From: an uncultured Candidatus Saccharibacteria bacterium
Lineage (GTDB): Bacteria > Patescibacteriota > Minisyncoccia > Phycocordibacterales > Zambryskibacteraceae
Length of the DNA stretch: 64,000 nt
Reading direction: 5' to 3'
Assembly: GCA_964582295.1 (NCBI GenBank)
Contig: CAZOQP010000002.1
Span: forward strand, 8,563 to 72,562
Below the pieces are notes generated by a model, which was given only the letters and a program-made list of their open reading frames with translations, was not told the origin of the DNA and did not search any database. A program made the position numbers and the translations under genes. Below are positions 17,944 to 26,923 of the stretch, one piece after another; the stretch's first letter is position 1, and each line of letters begins with the position of its first letter.

Positions 17944-18168
17944 ATGCTTATACATGTGAAGGTTTCAGCAGGTGAGAAAAGGGAAAAATTTGAAGAAATT
18001 TCGGATACTCGTTTTGTGATATCTGTGAAGGAAAAAGCGGAAAGGAACATGGCCAACAGGCGCGTGATGGCCATACTGGCCGGACATTTCAAGGTTCCTG
18101 AAAGATCCGTAAGGGTAATAAGTGGTCACCATTCACCGTCTAAAATTATTGAAATAATAGGCAAATGA
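17944..18168 (+). CDS. DUF167/YggU family protein
   Basis: VKV...ISVKE.A....AN....LA.HF.V....V.VISG..S..K. Confidence 0.85.
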   Translation: MLIHVKVSAGEKREKFEEISDTRFVISVKEKAERNMANRRVMAILAGHFKVPERSVRVISGHHSPSKIIEIIGK

Positions 18169-18180
18169 TATAATCGGGGT

Positions 18181-18591
18181 ATGAAATATTCATCATATGT
18201 GAAGGGGATGGAGAATACGCCGGCCATAGAAGCTTATTTAGATAAACGTTTGAAAGCGCTCCGGAAAGTGGTGAAGGATCCGGCGGCGCATGCGCAGGTG
18301 GAGATAGGGAAGACTACAAATCATCACAAGTCGGGAGACATTTTCCGGGCGGAAATAAAATTGATGATGTCCGGCAAGGAATTTTATGCGGCAGTGGAAA
18401 AGGATGACCTTTACGCGGCCATAGATGAAATGAGGGACGAGATAATCGCGGAGGTTAAAAAATTCAAAGGAAAATCTGAAACAGCTTTTCGTCGCGGCGC
18501 ACGAAGAATGAAAAGTATTTTGAAAGGGCTTGATCCTCGAGATTACAACTACAAGGATTGGAAGTTTTGGGAGAAGTGGCGGAGGAAATAA
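18181..18591 (+). CDS. hpf: ribosome hibernation promoting factor (RaiA/HPF)
   Basis: TPAIEAY..KRL, FRAEI, DLYAAID. Confidence 0.85.
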   Translation: MKYSSYVKGMENTPAIEAYLDKRLKALRKVVKDPAAHAQVEIGKTTNHHKSGDIFRAEIKLMMSGKEFYAAVEKDDLYAAIDEMRDEIIAEVKKFKGKSETAFRRGARRMKSILKGLDPRDYNYKDWKFWEKWRRK

Positions 18592-18594
18592 AAA

Positions 18595-18743
18595 GTCGCT
18601 CGGGGTGTTTCTTGAAAATGAAAAGTACGCACTCGAACACGAAAAGAGACCACTCCGGGGCGTTTGCCCAAGTCTTAGTCTCTTTTCGTGTTCGAGTGCT
18701 TTACTCAAAAAACATTTTCAGGAAACACCCCTCGCTCCTAAGT
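18595..18743 (+). repeat. CGCTC-bounded branched-hairpin element, copy A (expanded inner stem)
   Basis: GTCGCTC-GGGGTGTTTCTTGAAAATG...CATTTTCAGGAAACACCCC-TCGCTCCTAAG; inner GCACTCGAACACGAAAAGAGAC/GTCTCTTTTCGTGTTCGAGTGC. Confidence 0.8.
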
Positions 18744-18803
18744 TGAGAAAAAATATAAACAAAGAGGCCGCGCGACGGATGTCGCGCGGCCTTACTGTTT
18801 TTT

Positions 18804-19274
18804 TTATCCTATTTTCAATTGAACTCTCTCCTCTTTGCTCAATCTACTCTCCATTAGCTCGGCCGCAGTTTGAGCGAGCTCCGGGTTCCTTGCAATGACA
18901 GCTGCAAAGCGGATTTCAGCCCAACCTCTTTGGAGTTTGCACGTGAAGTAAAAGATGAGGGTTTCTTTATGCTCTGAAGGCAGTACTTCCTCAGGCAACC
19001 GCCCGACTTCCTCCATGAGAATATGTACACCCTCGAGAGCAGTTGCAAGTAGTGGTGGATGCATATTCGCAATTACTTGCTCAAACACGAGGTTGAGACT
19101 GAGCAGGTGTTTCCGATGACGCGGATCTGCCAGGTTCTTCCAAGCTTCAAGCGCTCTGATCAGATCTTCTGAGTCGCGGTTTACCACTCCATGCCTCCGT
19201 CGGCAAAAAGTGAATGTTCGGTTCCTTGAATGTTGTAGCACCCTTTCTCTCAAATCACAACTACATAACTCCAC
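18804..19274 (-). CDS. hypothetical protein (true start probably further downstream)
   Basis: ORF of up to 156 aa; GGAGG near 19195; terminator hairpin at 18763-18793. Confidence 0.45.
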   Translation of the reverse strand: MELCSCDLRERVLQHSRNRTFTFCRRRHGVVNRDSEDLIRALEAWKNLADPRHRKHLLSLNLVFEQVIANMHPPLLATALEGVHILMEEVGRLPEEVLPSEHKETLIFYFTCKLQRGWAEIRFAAVIARNPELAQTAAELMESRLSKEERVQLKIG

Positions 19275-20109
19275 GCAAAAAGTCCTGCCACGACATTTCT
19301 TTGCGCCCTTCGGGTGTTACGCGGTCTAAAACCAGCACCCCTTCTTTTATATGGGCTTCTTTTATTTTCACCCGCACCTTGCCGTTCTTGGTGCTGTGGA
19401 AAAAATATGCCCCAGGCCATTTTTCAAAGGCGTGTATCTTTCGCAGATTTTTTATCGGCCCGTCATTCATATCCATCTCCGCATCTTCCTTTGATATTTT
19501 TTTTGTGAAAGTGGCGAGGGTGTGATCCTGCGTTTGGGCTTTGATATTTTCATCCATCCAATCGGGAATAACGGATGCGAGAAGTTTTCCGCCTTCACTC
19601 CCTAAAATTTTCTCTGCCTCCGTGTATGCGGGCGGCTCGTCTCCAAAAACAACCGCCTTTTGAGCAAGAATGGGGCCATGATCCATTTCCTCGTCTATCA
19701 AAATTATACTAACCCCCGGTTTTTCTCCGGAAAGGATAGTGCATTGTATAGGGGCCGGCCCGCGCAGTTTCGGTAAAAGAGACGGATGCACGTTCAGGGT
19801 GCCTCGGGTGGGAATATCAAATACTTCCCTGGGAATTATTTTTCCGTATGAAGCTACAACGCCAAGTTGTGGGTTATAAGCTTTAAGTTGCAATACAAAA
19901 TCCGTATCCAATTTCTGCGGCTGAAGCACCGGGATATTGTGTTTGCCAGCCCACACTTTTGCAGGCGGGGGAGTGATGGTGAGGCCGCGCCCCTGCGGAT
20001 TATCCTCGGCACAAACTATCACCACAGGAACGAAGCCCCCTTTTTCAAGTTCATTCAAAACAGGAATAGCTATTGCATCCGATCCAAAAAAAGCAAAACG
20101 TACACTCAT
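19261..20109 (-). CDS. fmt: methionyl-tRNA formyltransferase
   Basis: FFGS, LNVHPSLLPKLRGPAPIQ, MDHGPI. Confidence 0.95.
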   Translation of the reverse strand: MSVRFAFFGSDAIAIPVLNELEKGGFVPVVIVCAEDNPQGRGLTITPPPAKVWAGKHNIPVLQPQKLDTDFVLQLKAYNPQLGVVASYGKIIPREVFDIPTRGTLNVHPSLLPKLRGPAPIQCTILSGEKPGVSIILIDEEMDHGPILAQKAVVFGDEPPAYTEAEKILGSEGGKLLASVIPDWMDENIKAQTQDHTLATFTKKISKEDAEMDMNDGPIKNLRKIHAFEKWPGAYFFHSTKNGKVRVKIKEAHIKEGVLVLDRVTPEGRKEMSWQDFLRGVM

Positions 20110-20645
20110 CGCTTTTTGCTTTTTACCGGAACGGGTTTCCACTCATGAAGGTCCGAGGCCTTGTCGGTGAAAAGCACTCCGTCCAAATGGTCACTCTCAT
20201 GCTGAAATATTTGTGCCACCAGGCCGGAAGCCCCGCGGCTGAATTTTTTACCTTTTTCGTCATATGCTTCCAGTTCCACTTTGTCCGAGCGTTTCACTTT
20301 TCCGTAAAGCCAGCGCACCGAAAGACACCCCTCTTCCATGGCTTTTTTAATACGTGAGCTTCTTAGGATCTTGGGATTTATGAAAACTTCGTCCGGATAT
20401 TGCGATTTCGCTTCATCTTCATTCGCAAGAATAGCCCTTACCCGTCCGGAAACCACGAAGATACGCAGAGGCACACCTATTTGGGGCGCGGCAATGGCTA
20501 CTCCGTCGCTTTCACCCTCCAGTGCTTTTTTCATATCTTTAAGTATCTTTTGTATGCGAGAAGAGGGAATTTCCTTCACGGAAACAGGCTCCGCCTTCTG
20601 GCGGAGTACGAGGGTCTCTTCCTCCTGAAAAATCCTGGCAGGCAT
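20106..20645 (-). CDS. def: peptide deformylase
   Basis: GVAIAAPQIG, EGCLS, QHESDH. Confidence 0.97.
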   Translation of the reverse strand: MPARIFQEEETLVLRQKAEPVSVKEIPSSRIQKILKDMKKALEGESDGVAIAAPQIGVPLRIFVVSGRVRAILANEDEAKSQYPDEVFINPKILRSSRIKKAMEEGCLSVRWLYGKVKRSDKVELEAYDEKGKKFSRGASGLVAQIFQHESDHLDGVLFTDKASDLHEWKPVPVKSKKR

Positions 20646-20685
20646 ATATTTAAGCTTACAGGTTCTCTTCTTAAGCTGCTAGTAT

Positions 20686-22566
20686 TTACAAAAGATCTTC
20701 AGGATCCACGGAAACGGCGAATTGCGGAGGCAGGGACATGAGGCGCATTACTGTGGTTTTGTCCGGCCATTCATTTGGCACTTCTATTTTTATAAGCCCG
20801 TGAAAACGATGCAAGCGCCCGCCTGCTCTCACTTTCACAATGTGCACCGTTTCGCCGAAAAGTTCCCGCACCAGTTCACTGTCTTTGGCGGCACGCGAAG
20901 GGCTGCCTTCCCATGCAATTTTTATGAAAAGGGAAAAAGGCGGGAATGCGAATTTTCTTCTTTCATCTATCTCACGCTCAAAGAATGGCAGAAAATTCCC
21001 TTCGGCCGCTGCAGAGAAAACAGGGTTCTCCGGACTCCTTGTTTGGAATATCACTTTCTCTCTACCCAGTGCACGAATGCTTGTAAGGATTGAAAGCAGT
21101 CTTTCATTCACACGAAAATCAGGCATTCCGATAAGCGAATCTGCAGAAACGACCGCCGCTACTTCAACAGGGCTTCTCACATAACGCAAAGCCATCTCGG
21201 TGCCGATAAGGATACCTCCGCGAGTATGTAAAAAATCATCTGCTGTGCGCATGGCTTTTGCTGGTGTAGGGGCGGCATCTTTATTCAGGTGGAAAATGAA
21301 AGGGTGGGGAATAATACGGCGGAGCTCCTTTTCAATAGTTTCAACTCCAATTCCCAAAGTGGCAAGCCGCCAGCCACCGCAATGCGAACACTCGTCTTTT
21401 GCTGGGCGTTTTTCACCGCACTTGTGGCAAAGAAAAAAATGATTGGCGCTCTCGTGAAGCACTAGTGGAGCTCCGCATACCGGGCAGGAGACGACCATTT
21501 CGCAATCACTGCACACAGTGAGAGGTGCCAAGCCTTTGCGGGCGCCAAAAAGGAAAACCCTTTTCCCGGCTTCAACTGCAGAAATAATAGTGCGCTCCAA
21601 ACGGTTAGAGAATATTTTGAAGCCCTCCTCGTCACCCTCTTGCCTTACCATGGAAGAAATGGAAACATCGGCGGTAGTGGGGGAGCGCATGTTCATGTGG
21701 CCCCATTCGTTGTATTCGTTCTCTTTTACTTTGTACAAAGTCTCAACACGCAGTATCTCGCTTCCGTAAATGATGCGGGCGCAATATTCATGTGCGAGCA
21801 TTTTTGCGAATGCCCGAAAATCTAAGAAAGGACGCGAAAGAGTGTTGTATGCGCGTGAGTTCTCTCTTTCGCAGAGAACTGTTTCGGTGTCCTCGCGCAT
21901 AAGGCAAAGGTAGGGAGGAGTGGCGATGATGAGGGCGGGGTGAGTTGGGTCATCCACTATCTTCAGGCGTTTGGTGAGTTCCTTTGCATTGCGAGGCGCT
22001 GGGAAAACAACAGTGAATTCCTCAATGCCGCGCGAAAGCTCTTTGTATGCGTATTCCGCATCCTCGGCCGTCGGTACCAGAAAAAAGAATGAGCGCTTGC
22101 GGGCGAAAGTTTCGCGTATAAGAGAGCGGTATTCAGCAAAGCGCTCCTCCGAGCCTGCCTGGAATGCGCTTACGTCTGCAACAAGCGTGCATTTGGGTTC
22201 AATGGGAACGACATTTCTTTTTGCTTCAAGGACTGCTTGAGGCAAAAGAACACTCAAGATGCTTGCAGTGCTTTGAGCGGAGTATTCCGAAAATGCGTCA
22301 GCCGCACGCAGGAAGGCGCGGCTGACGCACATCTTTCCTGCTGCTCCCGTGATTTTTTTAAGTGCAAAAGGGCCGGAGCGTATTTCCATGCGGGCTTTTT
22401 CCGCAGGATGGGTTTCCACTACCAGAGCCCTTACTGTTCTTGCGCGCAGAGGCACCTTCACGATAGTACCCGGCTCTATATCCGTGCCTGAAAAATAAGT
22501 AAGGGTTTCCGCGCCGGCACCTTTGGCGAAAGTTCTTGTGAGTGGTAATACGGAGACTGTGAACAT
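20686..22566 (-). CDS. priA: primosomal protein N' (helicase motifs degenerate)
   Basis: N-terminal G..V.VPL; four CxxC zinc knuckles, G.E.IE.EL, PDFR..E, FPPF. Confidence 0.85.
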   Translation of the reverse strand: MFTVSVLPLTRTFAKGAGAETLTYFSGTDIEPGTIVKVPLRARTVRALVVETHPAEKARMEIRSGPFALKKITGAAGKMCVSRAFLRAADAFSEYSAQSTASILSVLLPQAVLEAKRNVVPIEPKCTLVADVSAFQAGSEERFAEYRSLIRETFARKRSFFFLVPTAEDAEYAYKELSRGIEEFTVVFPAPRNAKELTKRLKIVDDPTHPALIIATPPYLCLMREDTETVLCERENSRAYNTLSRPFLDFRAFAKMLAHEYCARIIYGSEILRVETLYKVKENEYNEWGHMNMRSPTTADVSISSMVRQEGDEEGFKIFSNRLERTIISAVEAGKRVFLFGARKGLAPLTVCSDCEMVVSCPVCGAPLVLHESANHFFLCHKCGEKRPAKDECSHCGGWRLATLGIGVETIEKELRRIIPHPFIFHLNKDAAPTPAKAMRTADDFLHTRGGILIGTEMALRYVRSPVEVAAVVSADSLIGMPDFRVNERLLSILTSIRALGREKVIFQTRSPENPVFSAAAEGNFLPFFEREIDERRKFAFPPFSLFIKIAWEGSPSRAAKDSELVRELFGETVHIVKVRAGGRLHRFHGLIKIEVPNEWPDKTTVMRLMSLPPQFAVSVDPEDLL

Positions 22567-22571
22567 GGTGA

Positions 22572-22606
22572 TAGCTTATAGCTTTTAGCTACTAGCTTCC
22601 AGCTTA
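22572..22606. repeat. five tandem 7-bp units (YAGCTWH)
   Basis: TAGCTTA TAGCTTT TAGCTAC TAGCTTC CAGCTTA. Confidence 0.75.
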
Positions 22607-22668
22607 TTCGGGGTAAAAGAAGGATAACTGGCGGATTATTACAAAAAAGCTTAAGCTGTAGGCCACAA

Positions 22669-23682
22669 ATGGCCTTTTTTACCAAAAAACTAGGTATTGA
22701 TCTCGGCACTACGAGCGTTCTTGTGTATGTGCCGGGAAAGGGGATTATCTTGAATGAACCGTCTGTTGTGGCCGTGTCTGAAGAGGACAGGAAAATTTTG
22801 GCGATAGGTGCGGAGGCAAAAAAAATGATAGGCAAGACGCCTGAAAACATCATTGCTTATCGCCCGATGAAAGACGGAGTCATTGCGGATTATCGTGTGA
22901 CGGAAGCCATGCTCCGATATTTTATCGGCAAAGCTCTCGGTAAATTTTCATTCATAAAGCCGGATGTTTTGATATCCGTTCCCGCTGGTGTTACCTCAAC
23001 TGAAAGGCGGGCTGTCATTGAAGCGGCTGTGAAAGCGGGGGCAAAGAACGCATATGTTGTGAAAGAGCCGATCCTTGCGGCTATCGGCGCAGGTATTCCC
23101 ATTCAGGAGCCGTCGGGCCAAATGATAGTTGATATTGGCGGAGGGACGACCGACGTGGCGGTTATTTCGCTCGGCGGCATCGTGGCTTCTACGTCGGTTA
23201 AGTGTGCTGGCAATAAGATAGATGCAGCTATCACCGACCATATGAAGAAAACTTATAATCTGGCGATTGGTGATCGCACGGCGGAAAATATAAAAATAAA
23301 TATCGGCTCTGCTGTGCCGGTGGAGGAGGAACTTTCAATGCAGGTGAAAGGAAGGGATTACGTTTCGGGTTTGCCCCGCTCGGTTGAAGTGAAAACAAAT
23401 GAGGTGGTGAAGGCCATTGGGAAAGAGCTTCGCGATATGGTGAAAGCTATAAAGGATGTGCTGCAGGAAACTCCGCCAGAACTCGCTTCAGACATTATTG
23501 ATAAAGGAATAGTTATGACAGGCGGCACTTCCCAGCTTCGCCATTTGCCCGAACTCGTTTTTCGCCGCACCGGAGTGAAAGCGGTGATGGCAAAGGATGC
23601 TTTGTATTGTGTGGTGAATGGGACGGGTATAGCACTAGAGCATTTGGATGCTTATAAGAAGGCGGTGATTTCTAAAAGATAA
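22669..23682 (+). CDS. mreB: rod shape-determining protein MreB/Mbl (paralog 1)
   Basis: GIDLGT, NEPSVVA, DIGGGTTD, MTGG. Confidence 0.95.
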   Translation: MAFFTKKLGIDLGTTSVLVYVPGKGIILNEPSVVAVSEEDRKILAIGAEAKKMIGKTPENIIAYRPMKDGVIADYRVTEAMLRYFIGKALGKFSFIKPDVLISVPAGVTSTERRAVIEAAVKAGAKNAYVVKEPILAAIGAGIPIQEPSGQMIVDIGGGTTDVAVISLGGIVASTSVKCAGNKIDAAITDHMKKTYNLAIGDRTAENIKINIGSAVPVEEELSMQVKGRDYVSGLPRSVEVKTNEVVKAIGKELRDMVKAIKDVLQETPPELASDIIDKGIVMTGGTSQLRHLPELVFRRTGVKAVMAKDALYCVVNGTGIALEHLDAYKKAVISKR

Positions 23683-23685
23683 TTT

Positions 23686-23791
23686 TCGCTCGGGGTGATG
23701 ACGAAAAGAGTACGCATAAAAATCTGCTGATTTTTTGCTCACCCTCGCGCCGTCGCGCTGCACAGCCTCTTTTCGTCATCACTCCTCGCTC
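23686..23791 (+). repeat. CGCTC-bounded branched-hairpin element, copy B
   Basis: 106 nt; 105/106 identical to the reverse complement of 32213-32318. Confidence 0.9.
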
Positions 23792-23856
23792 TGAAGTAAA
23801 AGTCGGCTCGCTTCAAAGAAAAAACAATCAATTTGTAAAAAGGGTAAAATGGGGGA

Positions 23857-24558
23857 GTGGGTGAGAACTTAAAAATATTAGAGGTGTTAAATGCTGGGCT
23901 TCATTCGCCACGCTCTTATTTGGTAAGGGGAGAAGAGGGGGTGGCTTTGGCAGTGCTTGCGGATGCCATACAGAATTCTTGGGGGATAACTTTTGCGGGG
24001 AACCCAAACATTTCTTTTTTCCGCGGAGTGGTTGGGGTAGATGAAGCGCGGGAACTTACAGATATCGCCGGCCGCTCCGCTTTTGGTGAAGATAGTCTGA
24101 GTATCATTTTTCTTGCTGCATCGCGGCTCACACATGAAGCCCAGAATGCTCTTTTGAAGATAACAGAGGAACCTAAATCATCACTTCGTATGTTTGTGGT
24201 GGTTGATAACGATGTAGAGCTTTTGCCGACACTTCTTTCGCGCCTTGAAGATATTACAGACGCGTTTGGACACCGGGTGTCCAAAACGGGAAATGCAGAG
24301 GCGGAGAAATTTGTTTCTTCAGGACTCAAGGAGCGTTTGAAAGTGGCAGAAAAAATAGCTAAAGATGAGGAGACTCATGTGTTTGAAGAATTCTTAAGGA
24401 ATATTGAAAAATTTGTGTGGCACTCCAAGTTTAAACACGAAGGGGAGCGGAAAACTGCCTTGAATGCCGTTGCCTTTGCAAAAAAACAGGCATCCTTTCA
24501 AAGTCGTCCCAAAAGGATGGTTCTTGAGGCCCTCGCCATTTCCTTGCCAGTGTTGTAA
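23857..24558 (+). CDS. holB: DNA polymerase III delta-prime-like clamp-loader subunit (short)
   Basis: GVDEAREL, EAQNALLKITEEP, LLPTLLSR. Confidence 0.75.
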   Translation: MGENLKILEVLNAGLHSPRSYLVRGEEGVALAVLADAIQNSWGITFAGNPNISFFRGVVGVDEARELTDIAGRSAFGEDSLSIIFLAASRLTHEAQNALLKITEEPKSSLRMFVVVDNDVELLPTLLSRLEDITDAFGHRVSKTGNAEAEKFVSSGLKERLKVAEKIAKDEETHVFEEFLRNIEKFVWHSKFKHEGERKTALNAVAFAKKQASFQSRPKRMVLEALAISLPVL

Positions 24559-24571
24559 TCTTTGAATATAT

Positions 24572-25087
24572 ATGGTGCTTTCAGTACATACGCTTGTGGG
24601 GGGAGCTCTAGGCGCAGCGATGAATGTTTCGCCGGCGCTCTCTTTGTTTGTGGGAATTATCTCGCACTTTGCTTTGGATGCTATACCTCATGCGGATTAT
24701 CCTCTGCATTCAATAGAAAAAGACGGCAACGGAAAAGGTACTCTTGTGAAAGACAGGCGCTTTGTACGGGATTTGGCAGTGTACGGTTTGGATCTGATAG
24801 TCGGCTTTACAGTACTTTTCCTTTTTACGCATGGCTCGCCAAATTTTTGGGCGGTTTTGGCGGGAGCTGTCGGCGGATGCATTCCCGACGGCCTGCAATT
24901 CCTGCATCTTCTTTTTCCTAAAATAAAAGGTCTTGGTGCTTTTCAAAAACTTCATGATTCAATTCACACCCCCAGGCGCATCTCTCTATATGTAGAAAAA
25001 CATGCCGCTCTGGCTTTTCTCACTCAGGCCTCTATCGTCGTTTTCGCTCTGTATTCACTTTCACATGTAGTACGAGCCTCATCTTAA
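24572..25087 (+). CDS. hypothetical membrane protein (putative metal-binding H/SH..LD.IPH.D motifs)
   Basis: SVHTLVG, SHFALDAIPHAD, IPD, LH..IH. Confidence 0.65.
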   Translation: MVLSVHTLVGGALGAAMNVSPALSLFVGIISHFALDAIPHADYPLHSIEKDGNGKGTLVKDRRFVRDLAVYGLDLIVGFTVLFLFTHGSPNFWAVLAGAVGGCIPDGLQFLHLLFPKIKGLGAFQKLHDSIHTPRRISLYVEKHAALAFLTQASIVVFALYSLSHVVRASS

Positions 25088-25105
25088 GATTTTATAAATA
25101 GCCAT

Positions 25106-25163
25106 TACAAAGGTTTATCCTTTGGCAAAGGATAAACCTTTGTACGTAGGACAGTCCTACGTA
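25106..25163. repeat. two overlapping perfect palindromes (REP-like)
   Basis: TACAAAGGTTTATCCTTTG-G-CAAAGGATAAACCTTTGTA and TACGTAGGAC-A-GTCCTACGTA. Confidence 0.7.
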
Positions 25164-25202
25164 GATTTTGATTTTTGGTCATAAGTCGTTTATTCTTCTC
25201 CT

Positions 25203-25751
25203 ATGTACGATTTTTCTCACTTTAAAAAACAGGCGAAGGAGACGGTTGAATGGTTCAAGCGCGAGCTTTCAACCATCCGCACAGGCCGTGCCGCACCGGC
25301 CATTTTGGATGGGGTAACCGCTGAATGCTACGGCTCAAAGATGACACTTAAGGAAGTGGCGTCCGTCAACATTGAAGATGCCCGGTCTCTCCGGGTAGCC
25401 CCGTGGGATATGTCCCAGGCGAAGAATATTGAGAAAGGTATCGTTCTTGCAGACCTTGGTGTGTCGGTAACCGTTGATGACAAGGGGCTTCGTGTGATCT
25501 TTCCGGAGCTTTCTTCAGAAAGGCGGGTATCACTTATGAAAGTGGCGCGCCAGAAGCTTGAGGATGCACGTGTTGCTATTCGCGGTGAACGCGAAAAAGT
25601 GAAGGAAGATATTGACGCGAAAAAGAAAGCCGGCACTGTCGGAGAAGATGACAAATTCCGCTTTATGGATGAATTGCAGAAACAAGTGGAGACGTTCAAT
25701 AAGGAACTTGAAGCGGCTTTTGAGAGGAAAGAAAAAGAAATAGGAGAATAA
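25203..25751 (+). CDS. frr: ribosome recycling factor
   Basis: IRTGRA, PWD, PELS.ERR, ARVAIR. Confidence 0.95.
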   Translation: MYDFSHFKKQAKETVEWFKRELSTIRTGRAAPAILDGVTAECYGSKMTLKEVASVNIEDARSLRVAPWDMSQAKNIEKGIVLADLGVSVTVDDKGLRVIFPELSSERRVSLMKVARQKLEDARVAIRGEREKVKEDIDAKKKAGTVGEDDKFRFMDELQKQVETFNKELEAAFERKEKEIGE

Positions 25752-26851
25752 TGCTTACAGTAATAATATTTTTGGTCATATTGAGCGTGCTCGTGGCAGT
25801 GCACGAGGGTGGCCACTTCGCGGCCGCGAAGTGGGCCGGCGCGCGCGTCAAAGAATACGCTATCGGTTTTCCGCCGCGTATTTTTTCCCGTCGCAAGGGA
25901 CACACTCTTTATAGTTTAGGCGCGGTGCCATTCGGAGGTTTTGTGGCTATTGCCGGGGAAGAGGGTGAGGATGAGGAAGGTGAAGAGAAGATACCTATTG
26001 AAGAAAAACTTTCGGCCAAGCATCCTTTCAAAAAAATACTGGTTCTTGCGGCGGGTGTAACGGCCAATGTGGTTTTTGCTTGGTTCCTCCTTTCTATTAC
26101 TCTTGCGATGGGAACTTACGAGCCGGTGGCTGCCGGAGCGCCAGTACCCGAGAATGCAGAAGTGCTTTTGGTTTCCATCACTCCGCAGTCGCCCGCATCT
26201 GAAGCTGGCCTTTCCGCGGGAGACAGAGTTCTCAAACTCACATCTCTCAACGATACAGTGATCCCGAAAACTGCCGAGGATATGGTGGATTTTCTTTCAC
26301 GTCATCAGAACGACAAGATATCTCTTAATGTCTTGAGTGCCGGAGTAGAAAAAAATATTTCCGGAATATCCGCGGTAGAAGGAATAGCTGAAGGTAAAAA
26401 AGCGCTTGGTGTGGGAGTGAGTACTGCTGTAAAACGCTCATATTCTCTGCCTGTGGCTTTTGTGAAAGGAGTGAGTGTAACAGGGCAAACCCTTGAAATG
26501 ATCACTGTCGGTACCGGGCATGCATTGTGGGAAATAATCCATGGTCGCGGAGGGTTCCAGGATATTTCAGGACCTGTCGGTATCGGGAAAATAGTGGGGG
26601 AGGCGAGAACTCTTGGGCTGGTTTCTGTCATAACTTTTGCGGCGTTCATTTCTTTAAACCTTGCCATCATAAATATATTGCCGTTCCCTGCGCTTGATGG
26701 CGGACGTATTCTTTTCACGATATTTGAATGGATAACGGGCAAGCCAGTGTCCACCAAGATCTCGCGCGCTGTGCATGGTGCGGGCTTCGCATTTTTGATA
26801 TTTCTTATGCTCATCGTGACAGTTCACGACATCTCCCGTCTGTTTTCTTGA
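25751..26851 (+). CDS. rseP: RseP-like site-2 metalloprotease (M50 + PDZ)
   Basis: HEGGH, PFGGFV, NILPFPALDGG. Confidence 0.92.
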   Translation: MLTVIIFLVILSVLVAVHEGGHFAAAKWAGARVKEYAIGFPPRIFSRRKGHTLYSLGAVPFGGFVAIAGEEGEDEEGEEKIPIEEKLSAKHPFKKILVLAAGVTANVVFAWFLLSITLAMGTYEPVAAGAPVPENAEVLLVSITPQSPASEAGLSAGDRVLKLTSLNDTVIPKTAEDMVDFLSRHQNDKISLNVLSAGVEKNISGISAVEGIAEGKKALGVGVSTAVKRSYSLPVAFVKGVSVTGQTLEMITVGTGHALWEIIHGRGGFQDISGPVGIGKIVGEARTLGLVSVITFAAFISLNLAIINILPFPALDGGRILFTIFEWITGKPVSTKISRAVHGAGFAFLIFLMLIVTVHDISRLFS

Positions 26852-26923
26852 CCAAACTAAACCTCTGTTTCAGGCCTTTTGTTTTAGCCCTCTTTTTGGA
26901 GTACAATTCGGGGACTTATATTT

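Noticed and set aside
18238-18898. ORFs 18238-18708, 18530-18898, 18558-18746 (also 32203-32418)
   Set aside because: They run through hairpin repeats or antisense to hpf, with no protein motifs
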